Source of the DNA: Sphingopyxis sp.
Lineage (GTDB): Bacteria > Pseudomonadota > Alphaproteobacteria > Sphingomonadales > Sphingomonadaceae
Direction: 5' to 3'
Assembly (NCBI GenBank): GCA_051861185.1
Contig: JBIMKQ010000018.1
Coordinates: 9,213 to 73,212 of the forward strand
Length of the DNA: 64,000 bases
The translations under genes and the position numbers were made by a program. The notes under the pieces are model-generated. The model saw nothing but the letters and a program-made list of their open reading frames with translations, ran no database searches and had not been told where the DNA came from. Positions 50,284-59,795 of this stretch are shown here, in pieces (position 1 is the first letter of the stretch; each line of letters opens with the position of its first letter).

Positions 50284-50748
50284 ATGAATCTTTCTTCCCT
50301 TCTCTATCCGGCGACTGTGCGCGCGCGCGTTCAGCTCGATTCGAAAAAGGCGCTGTTTCCCTTTGTGGGCGATCTCGCCAGCCGTTCGCTCGGCCTCGAT
50401 GCGGGCGAAGTCAGCGAAGCCCTGCTCGAACGCGAACGCCTCGGCTCGACCGGCTTCGGTCGCGGAATCGCGCTGCCGCACGCCAAGATGGCCGACCTCG
50501 GCGGGGTCCGGGGCCTGTTTCTTCAGCTCTCCAAGCCGATCGATTTCAACGCGGTCGACGGTCTGCCGGTCGATCTGCTTTTCGTCCTGCTCTCGCCGCT
50601 CGACGCGGGTGCCGATCATCTGAAGGCGCTTGCCGGCGTGTCGCGCATGCTTCGCAACGACGCGATCGCCGAACGGCTGCGCGGTGCCAAGAATGACGAA
50701 GCGCTTTACGCGCTGCTCGCCGACACCGAAACGCGTGACGCGGCGTAA
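50284..50748 (+). CDS. ptsN: PTS IIA-like nitrogen regulatory protein
   Basis: RERLGSTGFGRGIALPHAK, HLKALA. Confidence 0.9.
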   Translation: MNLSSLLYPATVRARVQLDSKKALFPFVGDLASRSLGLDAGEVSEALLERERLGSTGFGRGIALPHAKMADLGGVRGLFLQLSKPIDFNAVDGLPVDLLFVLLSPLDAGADHLKALAGVSRMLRNDAIAERLRGAKNDEALYALLADTETRDAA

Positions 50749-50802
50749 CCGCGTCTGGCATATCGATCAGATCCTCTCTGTGGCTACGCGACAGGGAGGA
50801 AC

Positions 50803-51144
50803 TTGATGACGCGCCTTAAAAGCCGGTTTCTCGTCGATCTGCTGCTGCGCCGTACCGAGTCGGCCGGCGGCTTTGCGACCGTGCTCGCCAAAGGCGACGA
50901 CACATCGGGAATCATCCTCGTCCAGTGCAGCGAGCGCGGGCAGCCCGGACCGCTCCTCGAACGGCGCTTTGCGGCGGACGGCAACTATATATGGGAGGCT
51001 GTCGGCCCCAACGACCCCAAAGATGGTGAATCGCGGGCGTCCTATCAGGATCGGCGGCGCAAGGCCGATCCGGATATGTGGCTGATTGAACTGGATATCG
51101 CAGATGCGCCACAACTCGTCGCGGAGTGGGCCGCGTTAACTTGA
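50803..51144 (+). CDS. DUF1491 family protein
   Basis: RLKSRFLVD, VLAKGDDTSG, DPDMWLIELD. Confidence 0.75.
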   Translation: MMTRLKSRFLVDLLLRRTESAGGFATVLAKGDDTSGIILVQCSERGQPGPLLERRFAADGNYIWEAVGPNDPKDGESRASYQDRRRKADPDMWLIELDIADAPQLVAEWAALT

Positions 51145-51349
51145 CTCTGTTGCGCTGCACAATAAGTGGCGCCCATTCGATAACGCGTAGGTCGTTCCGT
51201 GGGTTGCATCGCTTTGATGCTCCCGCAAAACGGTTCGGACACGCAGTCGGACGATGACCGCAGGCGATATTGGGCCAATAGCCCCTCACCTGTTCCTTTA
51301 AGCCTGTTTTAAAAGGCTCGGTTCATCGGCCGCACTCTTGACGGACAAT

Positions 51350-52015
51350 ATGAGTCGTATTCTTAACGTGGCCAGCATGGCTGCTGTCGGCATGACTGCC
51401 GCCACCATGCTGCTTTTGGCGGAACCGGGTTTTGCAAGCGATCTTGCCGCCGACGCCAATATCCCCGCTATCATCCTGCCGGGCGCCGATGCGCCGGTCG
51501 TCGATGAAAAAGCGGATCTGTCGACCGAGGCCCAGGCGCCCGTCGCAGACAGCATTCAAAAAGACGACGATATCGTCGCCGAACCCAAACAGGCTCAGAT
51601 AACCGCGGACTCGCTCGCCGAACTCGTTTCCGAGACGCAGCGTCCTGTCGATCTCGACCCCGAACTGCGCTGCCTCGCCGGCGCGGTCTATTTCGAATCG
51701 CGCGGCGAATCGCTCGTCGGCCAGCTCGCGGTCGCGCACGTCGTGCTGAACCGCGCCCAGTCGGGCCGCTTCCCCAAGAGCCTGTGCGGTGTCGTTCATC
51801 AGAAGAGCCAGTTCAGCTTCGTGCGCGGCGGCAAAATGCCCGCCATCCGCAACGGCTCGCAGTGGAACAACGCGGTCGCGATCGCGCAGATCGCCCGCGA
51901 CGGCAGCTGGAAGAATCACGCGCCGGGCGCGCTTTTCTTCCACGCCCGCTATGTTTCGCCGGGCTGGCGCAAGACGCGCATCGCGCAGATCGACAACCAC
52001 ATCTTCTATCGTTGA
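51350..52015 (+). CDS. Cell wall hydrolase, SleB/Hydrolase_2 family (start 51338 or 51350)
   Basis: CLAGAVYFESRGE, VAHVVLNR, CGVVHQKSQFSF, ALFFHARYV, IDNHIFYR. Confidence 0.92.
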   Translation: MSRILNVASMAAVGMTAATMLLLAEPGFASDLAADANIPAIILPGADAPVVDEKADLSTEAQAPVADSIQKDDDIVAEPKQAQITADSLAELVSETQRPVDLDPELRCLAGAVYFESRGESLVGQLAVAHVVLNRAQSGRFPKSLCGVVHQKSQFSFVRGGKMPAIRNGSQWNNAVAIAQIARDGSWKNHAPGALFFHARYVSPGWRKTRIAQIDNHIFYR

Positions 52016-52021
52016 TTTTCG

Positions 52022-52155
52022 ATCCTCCCTGTCGCGCAGCGATGGGGAGGTGGCAGCGCAAAGCGCTGACGAAGGGGCCAATGGCGCGACGTCGCGGCCC
52101 CTCCACCCCTCGCTTCGCGAGCGGTCCCCTCCCACGGCTTCGCCGCAAGGAGGAT
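52022..52155 (-). repeat. MITE-like intergenic repeat, copy 2 (134 bp)
   Basis: ATCCTCCCTG...CAAGGAGGAT; reverse complement aligns with 2542-2669. Confidence 0.85.
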
Positions 52156-52209
52156 AATCCGTCCATCCCGTTCATTGCCAAGCCATATTTGCTGGCGCAT
52201 GATGCTACG

Positions 52210-52830
52210 ATGACGCGTCAAATTTCTGTCGCCCTGCTTTGCGCAGCGGCGCTTTCGTTCGGCGGCTGTGCCACCGCGGTTCCTCCGGTCGAAGTCACGC
52301 GCTTCCACGCCAGCGCTCCTGCGGGCTGGGCGCCGGGCACGCGCTACACTGTCGACACCGCGCCGCTCGGCAACGCCGGGGCAATGGTCGATGCGCCCTC
52401 GCTCGAATGGAACAGCTACCGCACCGCTGTCGAACAGCAATTGCAACGGCAGGGACTCGTCGCGGCGCCCGACGGCGCGCGCGCGCCCTTGAAGGTTCGG
52501 ATCGGTTTCGAACGCATGAACCGCGAAGGCGTCGGCAGGCGTTCGCCCGTTTCGGTCGGCGTCGGTGGTGGGACGGGCAGCTACAGTTCGGGGGTCGGAC
52601 TCGGTATCGGCCTCAATCTTGGTGGCGGGCCCAGAAGGATGGCCGATCTTCAGCTTGCTGTGCGCATCGACGATGCCGCCAGCGGCCAGGCTCTGTGGGA
52701 AGGCCGCGCACTGACCGCGATCCCGGTAAAGGCGCCCGCCAATCAGCCCAGCCTCGCCGCGGCGAAATTGGCCGATGCCTTATTCAAGGACTTCCCCGGC
52801 GAATCGGGACGCACTATCAGCGTCCCATGA
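52210..52830 (+). CDS. Lipoprotein, DUF4136-like
   Basis: FGGC lipobox, [25 protein letters not shown]. Confidence 0.72.
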   Translation: MTRQISVALLCAAALSFGGCATAVPPVEVTRFHASAPAGWAPGTRYTVDTAPLGNAGAMVDAPSLEWNSYRTAVEQQLQRQGLVAAPDGARAPLKVRIGFERMNREGVGRRSPVSVGVGGGTGSYSSGVGLGIGLNLGGGPRRMADLQLAVRIDDAASGQALWEGRALTAIPVKAPANQPSLAAAKLADALFKDFPGESGRTISVP

Positions 52831-53936
52831 CCATCACCATCAACGCCGCTTTCGACAGCGGCAATATCGTCGTGGACGCCGTCGACGGCATCTCCGCCCG
52901 GCTTTCGATCCGCAAGGATCGCGACTCGGACTTTTTCCAATGGTTCCACTTCCGCGTCTCGTGCGCAGTCGGTGACGCGCTCGAACTTGCGATCACCGGG
53001 CTGGCCGATTCGGCCTATCCCGACGGCTGGCCCGGCTATGCGGCGTGCGCCAGCACCGATCGCGAAACCTGGTTTCGCCTCGACACCAGCTATGAGGCGG
53101 GCACGCTGACGATCCGTCACACCGCCGAAAGCCCGATCCTCTATATCGCCTATTTCGCACCCTATTCGATGGAACGGCACCACGACCTCGTCGCCTGGGC
53201 GGCCGAATGCGACGGTGTGACCTATCGCTGCCTCGGTACCAGCCTCGAGGGCCAGGCGATCGACTGCCTCGAAATCGGCACCGGTGACACGCAGGTGTGG
53301 CTCTATGCGCGCCAGCATCCGGGGGAGAGCATGGCCGAATGGTGGGCCGAGGGCGCGCTCGAAAAGCTCACCGACCCGGCCGATCCGCACGCGCGCTCGC
53401 TGCTGCAAAAATGCCGCTTCCACATCGTTCCGAACATGAATCCCGACGGCTCGTGCCGCGGGCATCTGCGCACCAATTTCGCCGGCGTGAACCTCAACCG
53501 CGAATGGGACAATCCGACAGCCGACCGCAGCCCCGAAGTGCTCGCCGTCCGCAATGCGATGGACGAAAGCGGCGTCGACTGGGCGATGGACGTTCATGGC
53601 GACGAAGCCATCCCCGCGGTCTTCCTCGCGGGCTTCGAGGGCATTCCGTCGCTGAAACCCGAACAGACCGAAAAATATAAGGCGTTCGAGGCGGCGCTTG
53701 CCGCGAACACCCCCGATTTCCAGGTCGAGCTTGGTTATGGCGAGACCGCGCCGGGCAAGGCGAACCTCTCGATGTCGACGACCCAGATCGCCGAGCGTTT
53801 CGGCGCGGTGTCGATGACGATCGAAATGCCGTTCAAGGATAATCGCGACCTGCCCGACCCCGTCGCCGGCTGGTCGCCCGAACGGTCGAAGCTGCTCGCG
53901 CACGCCTGCCTGCAAACGCTGGACCAGCTACTCTGA
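52827..53936 (+). CDS. M14 family zinc carboxypeptidase
   Basis: [35 protein letters not shown]. Confidence 0.92.
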   Translation: MTITINAAFDSGNIVVDAVDGISARLSIRKDRDSDFFQWFHFRVSCAVGDALELAITGLADSAYPDGWPGYAACASTDRETWFRLDTSYEAGTLTIRHTAESPILYIAYFAPYSMERHHDLVAWAAECDGVTYRCLGTSLEGQAIDCLEIGTGDTQVWLYARQHPGESMAEWWAEGALEKLTDPADPHARSLLQKCRFHIVPNMNPDGSCRGHLRTNFAGVNLNREWDNPTADRSPEVLAVRNAMDESGVDWAMDVHGDEAIPAVFLAGFEGIPSLKPEQTEKYKAFEAALAANTPDFQVELGYGETAPGKANLSMSTTQIAERFGAVSMTIEMPFKDNRDLPDPVAGWSPERSKLLAHACLQTLDQLL

Positions 53937-54400
53937 TGAGCCATTGGCGGATCGTCGAGGACGATCTGTCGGGCGCCGCGATCCGCGCGCTGCTCGAGGT
54001 GCATTTCGCGGGCATGCTCGCGAATTCGCCCGCGGGCAGCTGTCATTTCCTCGATTTCGAGGGGCTCAACGCGGCGGACGTCACCTTCTGGTCGATCCAC
54101 CGCGGCGATGAACTCGCGGGATGCGGGGCGCTCAGGATGCTCGACACCGCGCACGGCGAGATCAAGTCGATGCGCACCGCCGAAGCCTTTTTGCGGCAGG
54201 GTGTCGCGGCGCATATGCTCGATCATATCATCGGTGCGGCGCGCGAACGGGGTCTCGAACGCCTCAGCCTCGAAACCGGATCGAGCGGCGCCTTCGAACC
54301 CGCGATCGCGCTTTACGAACGATATGGCTTCACCGAGTGCGAGCCCTTCGCCGACTATCGACCCGACCCGTTCAGCCGCTTCATGACGCGCCTACTATAG
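53936..54400 (+). CDS. GNAT family N-acetyltransferase
   Basis: GEIKSMRT, RQGVA, SLETG, LYERYGF. Confidence 0.9.
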   Translation: MSHWRIVEDDLSGAAIRALLEVHFAGMLANSPAGSCHFLDFEGLNAADVTFWSIHRGDELAGCGALRMLDTAHGEIKSMRTAEAFLRQGVAAHMLDHIIGAARERGLERLSLETGSSGAFEPAIALYERYGFTECEPFADYRPDPFSRFMTRLL

Positions 54401-54405
54401 GTACG

Positions 54406-54438
54406 AAAACGGGGCCCGGAAGGGACTCCGGACCCCGT
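54406..54438 (-). terminator. Intrinsic terminator of the hsp20 gene
   Basis: ACGGGG.CCGGA-loop-TCCGG.CCCCGT hairpin followed by a T run on the minus strand. Confidence 0.7.
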
Positions 54439-54463
54439 ACATTGGTTCAGGCGAGAGGGGCGC

Positions 54464-54919
54464 TTACGCGGCCTTCTTGGCCTCGATCGCCGGCGCCGCG
54501 GCGCCGATCGCGATCTTGTGCGGCTTCATTGCCTCGGGCACTTCGCGCACCAGGTCGATCGCGAGCAACCCGTCGGCCAGATCGGCCTCGCTCACCCGCA
54601 CGAAATCGGCGAGTTGGAAGCGCCGCTCGAACGCGCGCGTTGCAATGCCGCTATACAGCAGCTGGCGCCCTTCGCCTTCGGCGGCCGGGGCCTTGCGGCC
54701 GCTGACGGTCAGCATGTTCTGCTGCGCGGTGATGTCGATCTCGTCGGACTTGAAGCCCGCGACCGCGACGGTGATCCGGAAATGATCGTCGGCGACCTTT
54801 TCGATGTCGAACGGCGGATAATTTTCGGCGCCCGACCCGCCGGTTTCGAGGAAATCGAACAGGCGGTCGAAACCGACGGTCGAACGGCGATAGGGGGTCC
54901 AGTCGAAACTGTTACGCAT
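54464..54919 (-). CDS. ibpA: Small heat shock protein (Hsp20, IbpA-like)
   Basis: RSTVGFDRLFD, NYPPFDIEK, GIATRAFERRFQLAD, GLLAIDLVREVPE. Confidence 0.93.
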   Translation of the reverse strand: MRNSFDWTPYRRSTVGFDRLFDFLETGGSGAENYPPFDIEKVADDHFRITVAVAGFKSDEIDITAQQNMLTVSGRKAPAAEGEGRQLLYSGIATRAFERRFQLADFVRVSEADLADGLLAIDLVREVPEAMKPHKIAIGAAAPAIEAKKAA

Positions 54920-55000
54920 CTTTCTTTCTTCCTTTTGCAAAGCGAAGTCAGGGACCGCAGCCTGCGCCGCGATCGCCACCCGGCCCCGTTCCGGCGGCCG
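54920..55000 (-). ncRNA. ROSE-type RNA thermometer (cis-regulatory 5' UTR)
   Basis: 3' hairpin CUUC-G-CUUU/gca/AAAG-GAAG with bulged G (U(U/C)GCU motif) pairing with the SD region; two upstream GC-rich hairpins. Confidence 0.8.
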
Positions 55001-55010
55001 GATGATCCAA

Positions 55011-55038
55011 ATCTGGGTGCGGGCGAAACCATTTCAAG
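55011..55038 (-). promoter_or_regulatory. RpoH (sigma32) promoter of the hsp20 gene
   Basis: CTTGAA-N15-CCCAGAT. Confidence 0.8.
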
Positions 55039-55107
55039 AGGGCGGTTGGCCTTTGCGAAAAACCCGCGCTAAAGGGCGGCGACTCTCCTCCATCCGAAGG
55101 ATCCGAA

Positions 55108-55794
55108 ATGCCCCAGCTCATCCTCATCCGTCACGGCCAGTCGCAGTGGAATCTCGAAAACCGCTTCACCGGCTGGTGGGATGTCGATGTCACTGAAAAG
55201 GGCGTCGCCGAAGCGATCGCCGCGGGCGAGCTGATGAAGGCAAAGGGCATCGCGCCCGATACCTGCTTCACCTCGGTCCAGTCGCGCGCGATCAAGACGC
55301 TGAACCTGGCGCTCGAAGCGATGGGCCGCCTGTGGCTTCCCGTGACCAAGGACTGGCGCCTCAACGAACGCCATTACGGCGGCCTGACCGGGCTCGACAA
55401 GGCCGAGACCGCGGCAAAGCATGGCGACGCTCAGGTGAAGATCTGGCGCCGCAGCTTCGACATCCCGCCGCCGCCGCTCGAGGCCGGCTCGCCGTGGGAC
55501 CTGTCGACCGACCCGCGTTACGCCGGTATCGATATTCCCTCGGCCGAAAGCCTCAAGGACACGATCGAGCGTGTTCTCCCCTATTATGAAGCCGCGATCG
55601 TGCCCGAACTTGCGGCGGGCAAGACGGTGCTGATATCGGCGCACGGCAACAGCCTGCGCGCGCTCGTCAAGCATCTGTCAGGCATTTCGGACGCCGATAT
55701 CACCGGGCTCGAAATCCCGACCGGCCAGCCGATCGTCTATGAGCTGAACGACGATCTCAGCGCACGCGAGCGTTATTATCTCAGCGAACGTTGA
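55108..55794 (+). CDS. gpmA: 2,3-bisphosphoglycerate-dependent phosphoglycerate mutase
   Basis: [34 protein letters not shown]. Confidence 0.97.
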   Translation: MPQLILIRHGQSQWNLENRFTGWWDVDVTEKGVAEAIAAGELMKAKGIAPDTCFTSVQSRAIKTLNLALEAMGRLWLPVTKDWRLNERHYGGLTGLDKAETAAKHGDAQVKIWRRSFDIPPPPLEAGSPWDLSTDPRYAGIDIPSAESLKDTIERVLPYYEAAIVPELAAGKTVLISAHGNSLRALVKHLSGISDADITGLEIPTGQPIVYELNDDLSARERYYLSER

Positions 55795-55809
55795 GGAACG
55801 TGGAAAGCG

Positions 55810-55833
55810 GCACCGGGCCGATGCGGCCCGGTT
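55810..55833. terminator. Hairpin terminator between convergent gpmA and the receptor gene
   Basis: CCGGGCCG-ATG-CGGCCCGG-TTT. Confidence 0.65.
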
Positions 55834-55853
55834 TCGGCTGAGCTGAAACAGAC

Positions 55854-57959
55854 TCAGAGCGTCCCCGTCACCGTCAGCTGGAAAAACTGCCCGAATTTGC
55901 GCAGGCGGTTTTCGCTGAACGCAATCGGCCCGTTGCGGCGGTCGACAAAGACTGTGCGGTCGAGTGCGTTCTTCTGCCCGGCAAGATTGCGGTACGACAG
56001 CTTTACGGAGAAACCCGCGACATCCTTATGCTCGACAAAGGCGGTGACGAACGCGCCGTCATTATACTCATCCTCAATCGCGTCGAGCCTTACATTGGCG
56101 CTGTAGCGTTCGTCGAGATAGCCGGCCCCCCACGCGATCTGCGAACCCGGGATGTCGTGGCGCAGGTTGACATCGACCAGATATTCTTGCCCGTCGCTCT
56201 GATCGCGCCACCCGCCGGTCAGCGGGTCGCGCACGCGGTTGCGGCGCCAGGTCAGATCGCTGTTGACGCGCGCGCCTTTCCAGCCCAGCCGGTCGAGCAG
56301 CAGCGTCGCTTTCGAGCTGATCCGATACAGATGCGCACCCGGCAGGTTGCCGCGCCCTTCGGTGGTCGGCGACAGCGGGATCTGGTCGACCAGATCCTGC
56401 GCATAGGCATAAGCGAAGGCGACCGAGGCATTGCCCCACGCGCCCATGTCCTGAACCATCTCCAGCTCGGTGCGATTGAGGATCGGCGGGACGAGCAGGC
56501 CGTTGCCGCCATTGCCTTGTCCGGTCGCGACGTCGACCGAACTGGCAAAGTCGTAGAAATTCAGCTGGTCGACACGGCGCTGTGCGAACCAGTTGAGCGT
56601 CGTCTTTTCACCCAGCTTCCACGCGAGCGCGAGCTTGCCCTTGGGGCGAATGAAACGGCGCGTCAGGCCGCCGGGACCGGATGACGACAGCTCGCTATAT
56701 TCGGCGCCGAGGTTGACCTGCGCGGTCAAATTGGAAGCGAGCGCGCGCCCCCATGTCAGCGAAGCGTCGCCGCGCTTTTCCTCGACCTTGGTTTTTTCGC
56801 CGCCAAAGACGATGGGCAGGAAGCTGCCGTCGGGCTGCAGCGCGGCGAACTCGGCATCGACGTCGAGCGTATTATACGCGCCCTCCAGCGCGACCTGCCA
56901 GTCGGTGCCGCCCGTGGTGCGCCAGCTATATTCGCTGCGCAGGATCGATTCGCTTTCGTCCGCGGTCTGTTTGAATCGCTCGCCGCTGCGCCCGCCAATT
57001 GCGCGATCAACGATGAAGGTTTCGGCGGTCGGACTATGTTCGAAGCGATAGAGCCCGATCAGTTTGAGCCGACCCGTCCCCAGCCCCAGCTCATAGTCGC
57101 CGCCGATGTCGAAATTATACTCGTCCTCGATGAACTTGAACGCTTCGCGAACTGGCCCTGCGACAGGCTGGACCGATGTGCCGCGCACATTGGCATTGAG
57201 CATCTGCAACTGGCCGCCGAGGTTGAAATTCCACTTGTTGCCGTTCGCGGTCGTGCGGGCCAGCGCGGTCGACAATCGCGGCCGATCGCCGCCATTGTGT
57301 CCGAATTCGTCGCGGGTGAACGACAAATTGCCGCTGCCGTCAAACCGTTGCTCCGGACCCCAATGGCCATTCCGGTTGGCTTCATTCTTCAGGCTTAGCG
57401 TTACATTGGTGCCGCCGATCTTGCCGGTGGTCGAAACCTCTCCGTTCAGCCAATTGTCATCGAGCCGCGGGCGCCAATCGGGTTGCCAGCGGATCGTCGT
57501 CGTGAATCCGGCCTGCGCCGCGCCCGCGACCAGAACGACATTGGCCACCTGGCCTGTCAACCCGGGCACGTTCAGGCTCGCGCCATCGACAATATCGACA
57601 TAGGCCACTTGTGTTGCCGCAATGCGTTGCAGCGCGCTGCGGGCGTCGGTCGATTTGTTGGCGATGCGTTCGCCGTTGATCAGCACATTCTGCGTAGCGG
57701 CTCCCAGTCCGCGCTCGCCGCCGTTGGTACCTGTGACGATCAGGAAGCCTGGAACCTTTTCGACCATGTCGAGCGCGGTGCGCGGCGAGAAGCTCGCGAA
57801 ATCGCCGGGGCTGTAGCGTTGCGCGCCGTTAGCGGGCGCCGGAACTGCCACCGCGGCGTCGCCCGCCACCGGCTCGGCATTCTGCGCAATCGCAAAGTCT
57901 GGCGCCAATAATCCCATGGCCATCGCCAGCGTCGATGTCCTCGCGGTCATCCGCATCAT
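55854..57959 (-). CDS. TonB-dependent receptor-like outer membrane protein
   Basis: Signal peptide; plug-like PRTALDMVEKVPGF...NVLINGER; long beta-strand pattern; GAGGGAGGG RBS. Confidence 0.82.
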   Translation of the reverse strand: MMRMTARTSTLAMAMGLLAPDFAIAQNAEPVAGDAAVAVPAPANGAQRYSPGDFASFSPRTALDMVEKVPGFLIVTGTNGGERGLGAATQNVLINGERIANKSTDARSALQRIAATQVAYVDIVDGASLNVPGLTGQVANVVLVAGAAQAGFTTTIRWQPDWRPRLDDNWLNGEVSTTGKIGGTNVTLSLKNEANRNGHWGPEQRFDGSGNLSFTRDEFGHNGGDRPRLSTALARTTANGNKWNFNLGGQLQMLNANVRGTSVQPVAGPVREAFKFIEDEYNFDIGGDYELGLGTGRLKLIGLYRFEHSPTAETFIVDRAIGGRSGERFKQTADESESILRSEYSWRTTGGTDWQVALEGAYNTLDVDAEFAALQPDGSFLPIVFGGEKTKVEEKRGDASLTWGRALASNLTAQVNLGAEYSELSSSGPGGLTRRFIRPKGKLALAWKLGEKTTLNWFAQRRVDQLNFYDFASSVDVATGQGNGGNGLLVPPILNRTELEMVQDMGAWGNASVAFAYAYAQDLVDQIPLSPTTEGRGNLPGAHLYRISSKATLLLDRLGWKGARVNSDLTWRRNRVRDPLTGGWRDQSDGQEYLVDVNLRHDIPGSQIAWGAGYLDERYSANVRLDAIEDEYNDGAFVTAFVEHKDVAGFSVKLSYRNLAGQKNALDRTVFVDRRNGPIAFSENRLRKFGQFFQLTVTGTL

Positions 57960-58121
57960 AATCCCTCCCTCGGCGCTGTTCCATTGACACAGCACCCGCG
58001 GCGATCATTTTCAGGGGCTGGAAGTCAAAAGCTTATCCACCAACGCGGCGCGGAGATCGACGAGCACATCGTACTAGTACATCGACGAGCCCGCGACGCG
58101 GTGGCAGCGGCGCCGCGAAAC

Positions 58122-58964
58122 TCAGTCGCGCAGCAACTCGTTGATTCCGGTCTTCGCGCGCGTCTGCGCGTCGACGCGTTTGACGATGACGGCGCAATAG
58201 AGCGACGGCCCCGGCGTCCCGTCGGGCAACGGCTTACCCGGCAGCGCGCCCGGCACGACGACCGAATAGGCCGGAACCTCGCCGATAAAGATTTCGCCCG
58301 TCGCGCGGTCGACGATCTTGGTCGATGCGCCGAGATAGACTCCCATCGACAGCACCGCGCCTTCGCGCACGATCACGCCCTCGGCAACCTCGGCACGCGC
58401 GCCGATGAACGCGCCGTCCTCGATCACGACCGGCCCGGCCTGCAGCGGCTCCAATACGCCGCCGATCCCGGCACCGCCCGACAGATGGACGTTCGCGCCG
58501 ATCTGCGCGCAGCTGCCGACGGTCGCCCAGGCATCGACCATTGATCCTTCGCCGACATAGGCGCCAATATTGACGAAGCTCGGCAGCAACACCGCGCCTT
58601 TGCTGATGAAGGCGCCGCGACGGACGATCGAACCCGGGACCGCGCGGAAACCCGCATCGCGAAACCGGTTTTCGCCCCATCCGGCGAATTTCGACGGCAC
58701 CTTGTCCCACCAGCGCGCGCCGCCGGGGCCACCCTCAATCAAGTCCATGTCGTTGAGACGGAACGACAGCAGCACCGCTTTCTTCAGCCACTGGTTGACC
58801 TGCCACATCCCGTCGGTCTGGCGCTCGGCCACACGGAAGCTTCCGTCGTCGAGCCCGGCGATCGCGGTCTCGACCGCATCGCGCACCGCGCCCTGCGTCG
58901 TCAGGCCCAAAGTGTCGCGGGCATCCCACGCGGCTTCGATCGTGGTTTGCAGGTCGGTGCTCAT
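58122..58964 (-). CDS. dapD: Tetrahydrodipicolinate N-succinyltransferase
   Basis: [51 protein letters not shown]. Confidence 0.97.
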   Translation of the reverse strand: MSTDLQTTIEAAWDARDTLGLTTQGAVRDAVETAIAGLDDGSFRVAERQTDGMWQVNQWLKKAVLLSFRLNDMDLIEGGPGGARWWDKVPSKFAGWGENRFRDAGFRAVPGSIVRRGAFISKGAVLLPSFVNIGAYVGEGSMVDAWATVGSCAQIGANVHLSGGAGIGGVLEPLQAGPVVIEDGAFIGARAEVAEGVIVREGAVLSMGVYLGASTKIVDRATGEIFIGEVPAYSVVVPGALPGKPLPDGTPGPSLYCAVIVKRVDAQTRAKTGINELLRD

Positions 58965-59638
58965 GAAATTCCCCATGGTGAAGGCAGGTTGTCCAGCCAG
59001 TCGGCGATGTCGTTGACGTGGAAATCGACCTGGTCCGGCAGGTGGTCGCGATGGCCGCTTTCGCTGCCATTGTCCAGCCAGACGGTCGTCATGCCCAGCG
59101 CTTTGGCGGGGGTCAGATTGCGCGCCATATCTTCGACGAACAGGCTCTTCGCCGGATCGACGCCAAGGTGCGCGATCATGGTCGCATAGGCGGCGGGATC
59201 GGGCTTGGGCGTGTAGCGTGTGATGCGAATGTCGCAGATGCCGTCGAACAGGTCGGCGATCCCGCGCGCGTCGAGGACCCGTGCCGCATAATCGGCATCG
59301 GCGTTGGTGAAGATCAGCTTGCGCCCGGGCAGCCGTTCGAGGCCCGCGCGCAGCCGCGCGTCGGGGCCGATCCGGTCGAGCGCGATGTCGTGGACGTCGA
59401 CCAGAAAATCCTCGGGATCGACGCCATGATGGCGCATCAGCCCCGCCATCGTCGTGCCATGGTCGTGGAAATATTGCTTCTGCACCCGCCGCGCCTCGAT
59501 CGCGTCAACGTTCAGCAGCCGCATGATGAAAGCGCCCATGCGTTCGTCGATCAGGTCGAACAGCTTTGCCGACGGCGCGTAAAGCGTGTTGTCGAGATCG
59601 AAGATCCAGCTGTCGATATGGTCGAGGGGGGCGGGCAT
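58961..59638 (-). CDS. Pyrimidine 5'-nucleotidase (HAD family)
   Basis: [30 protein letters not shown]. Confidence 0.9.
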   Translation of the reverse strand: MPAPLDHIDSWIFDLDNTLYAPSAKLFDLIDERMGAFIMRLLNVDAIEARRVQKQYFHDHGTTMAGLMRHHGVDPEDFLVDVHDIALDRIGPDARLRAGLERLPGRKLIFTNADADYAARVLDARGIADLFDGICDIRITRYTPKPDPAAYATMIAHLGVDPAKSLFVEDMARNLTPAKALGMTTVWLDNGSESGHRDHLPDQVDFHVNDIADWLDNLPSPWGIS

Positions 59639-59689
59639 GATGCCCGGCCGCATAAAGGTTGGGGCGTATGGGGGCAAGGCGCACAAAAG

Positions 59690-59720
59690 ATCCTCCCCAT
59701 CGCTTCGCGACAGGGAGGAT
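59690..59720. repeat. Collapsed 31-bp derivative of the MITE-like repeat
   Basis: ATCCTCCCCATCGCTTCGCGACAGGGAGGAT: both termini retained, interior deleted. Confidence 0.75.
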
Positions 59721-59795
59721 CAATTAACCGCATGATGCTACCCCTCGCCCTTCCGCCGGGCTAAAAGGCGGATATCAGGGCAAAGGGGAACCGCG

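Noticed and set aside
55795-55810. Partial parS-like ACGTGGAAA
   Set aside because: Only a half site; the left arm does not match
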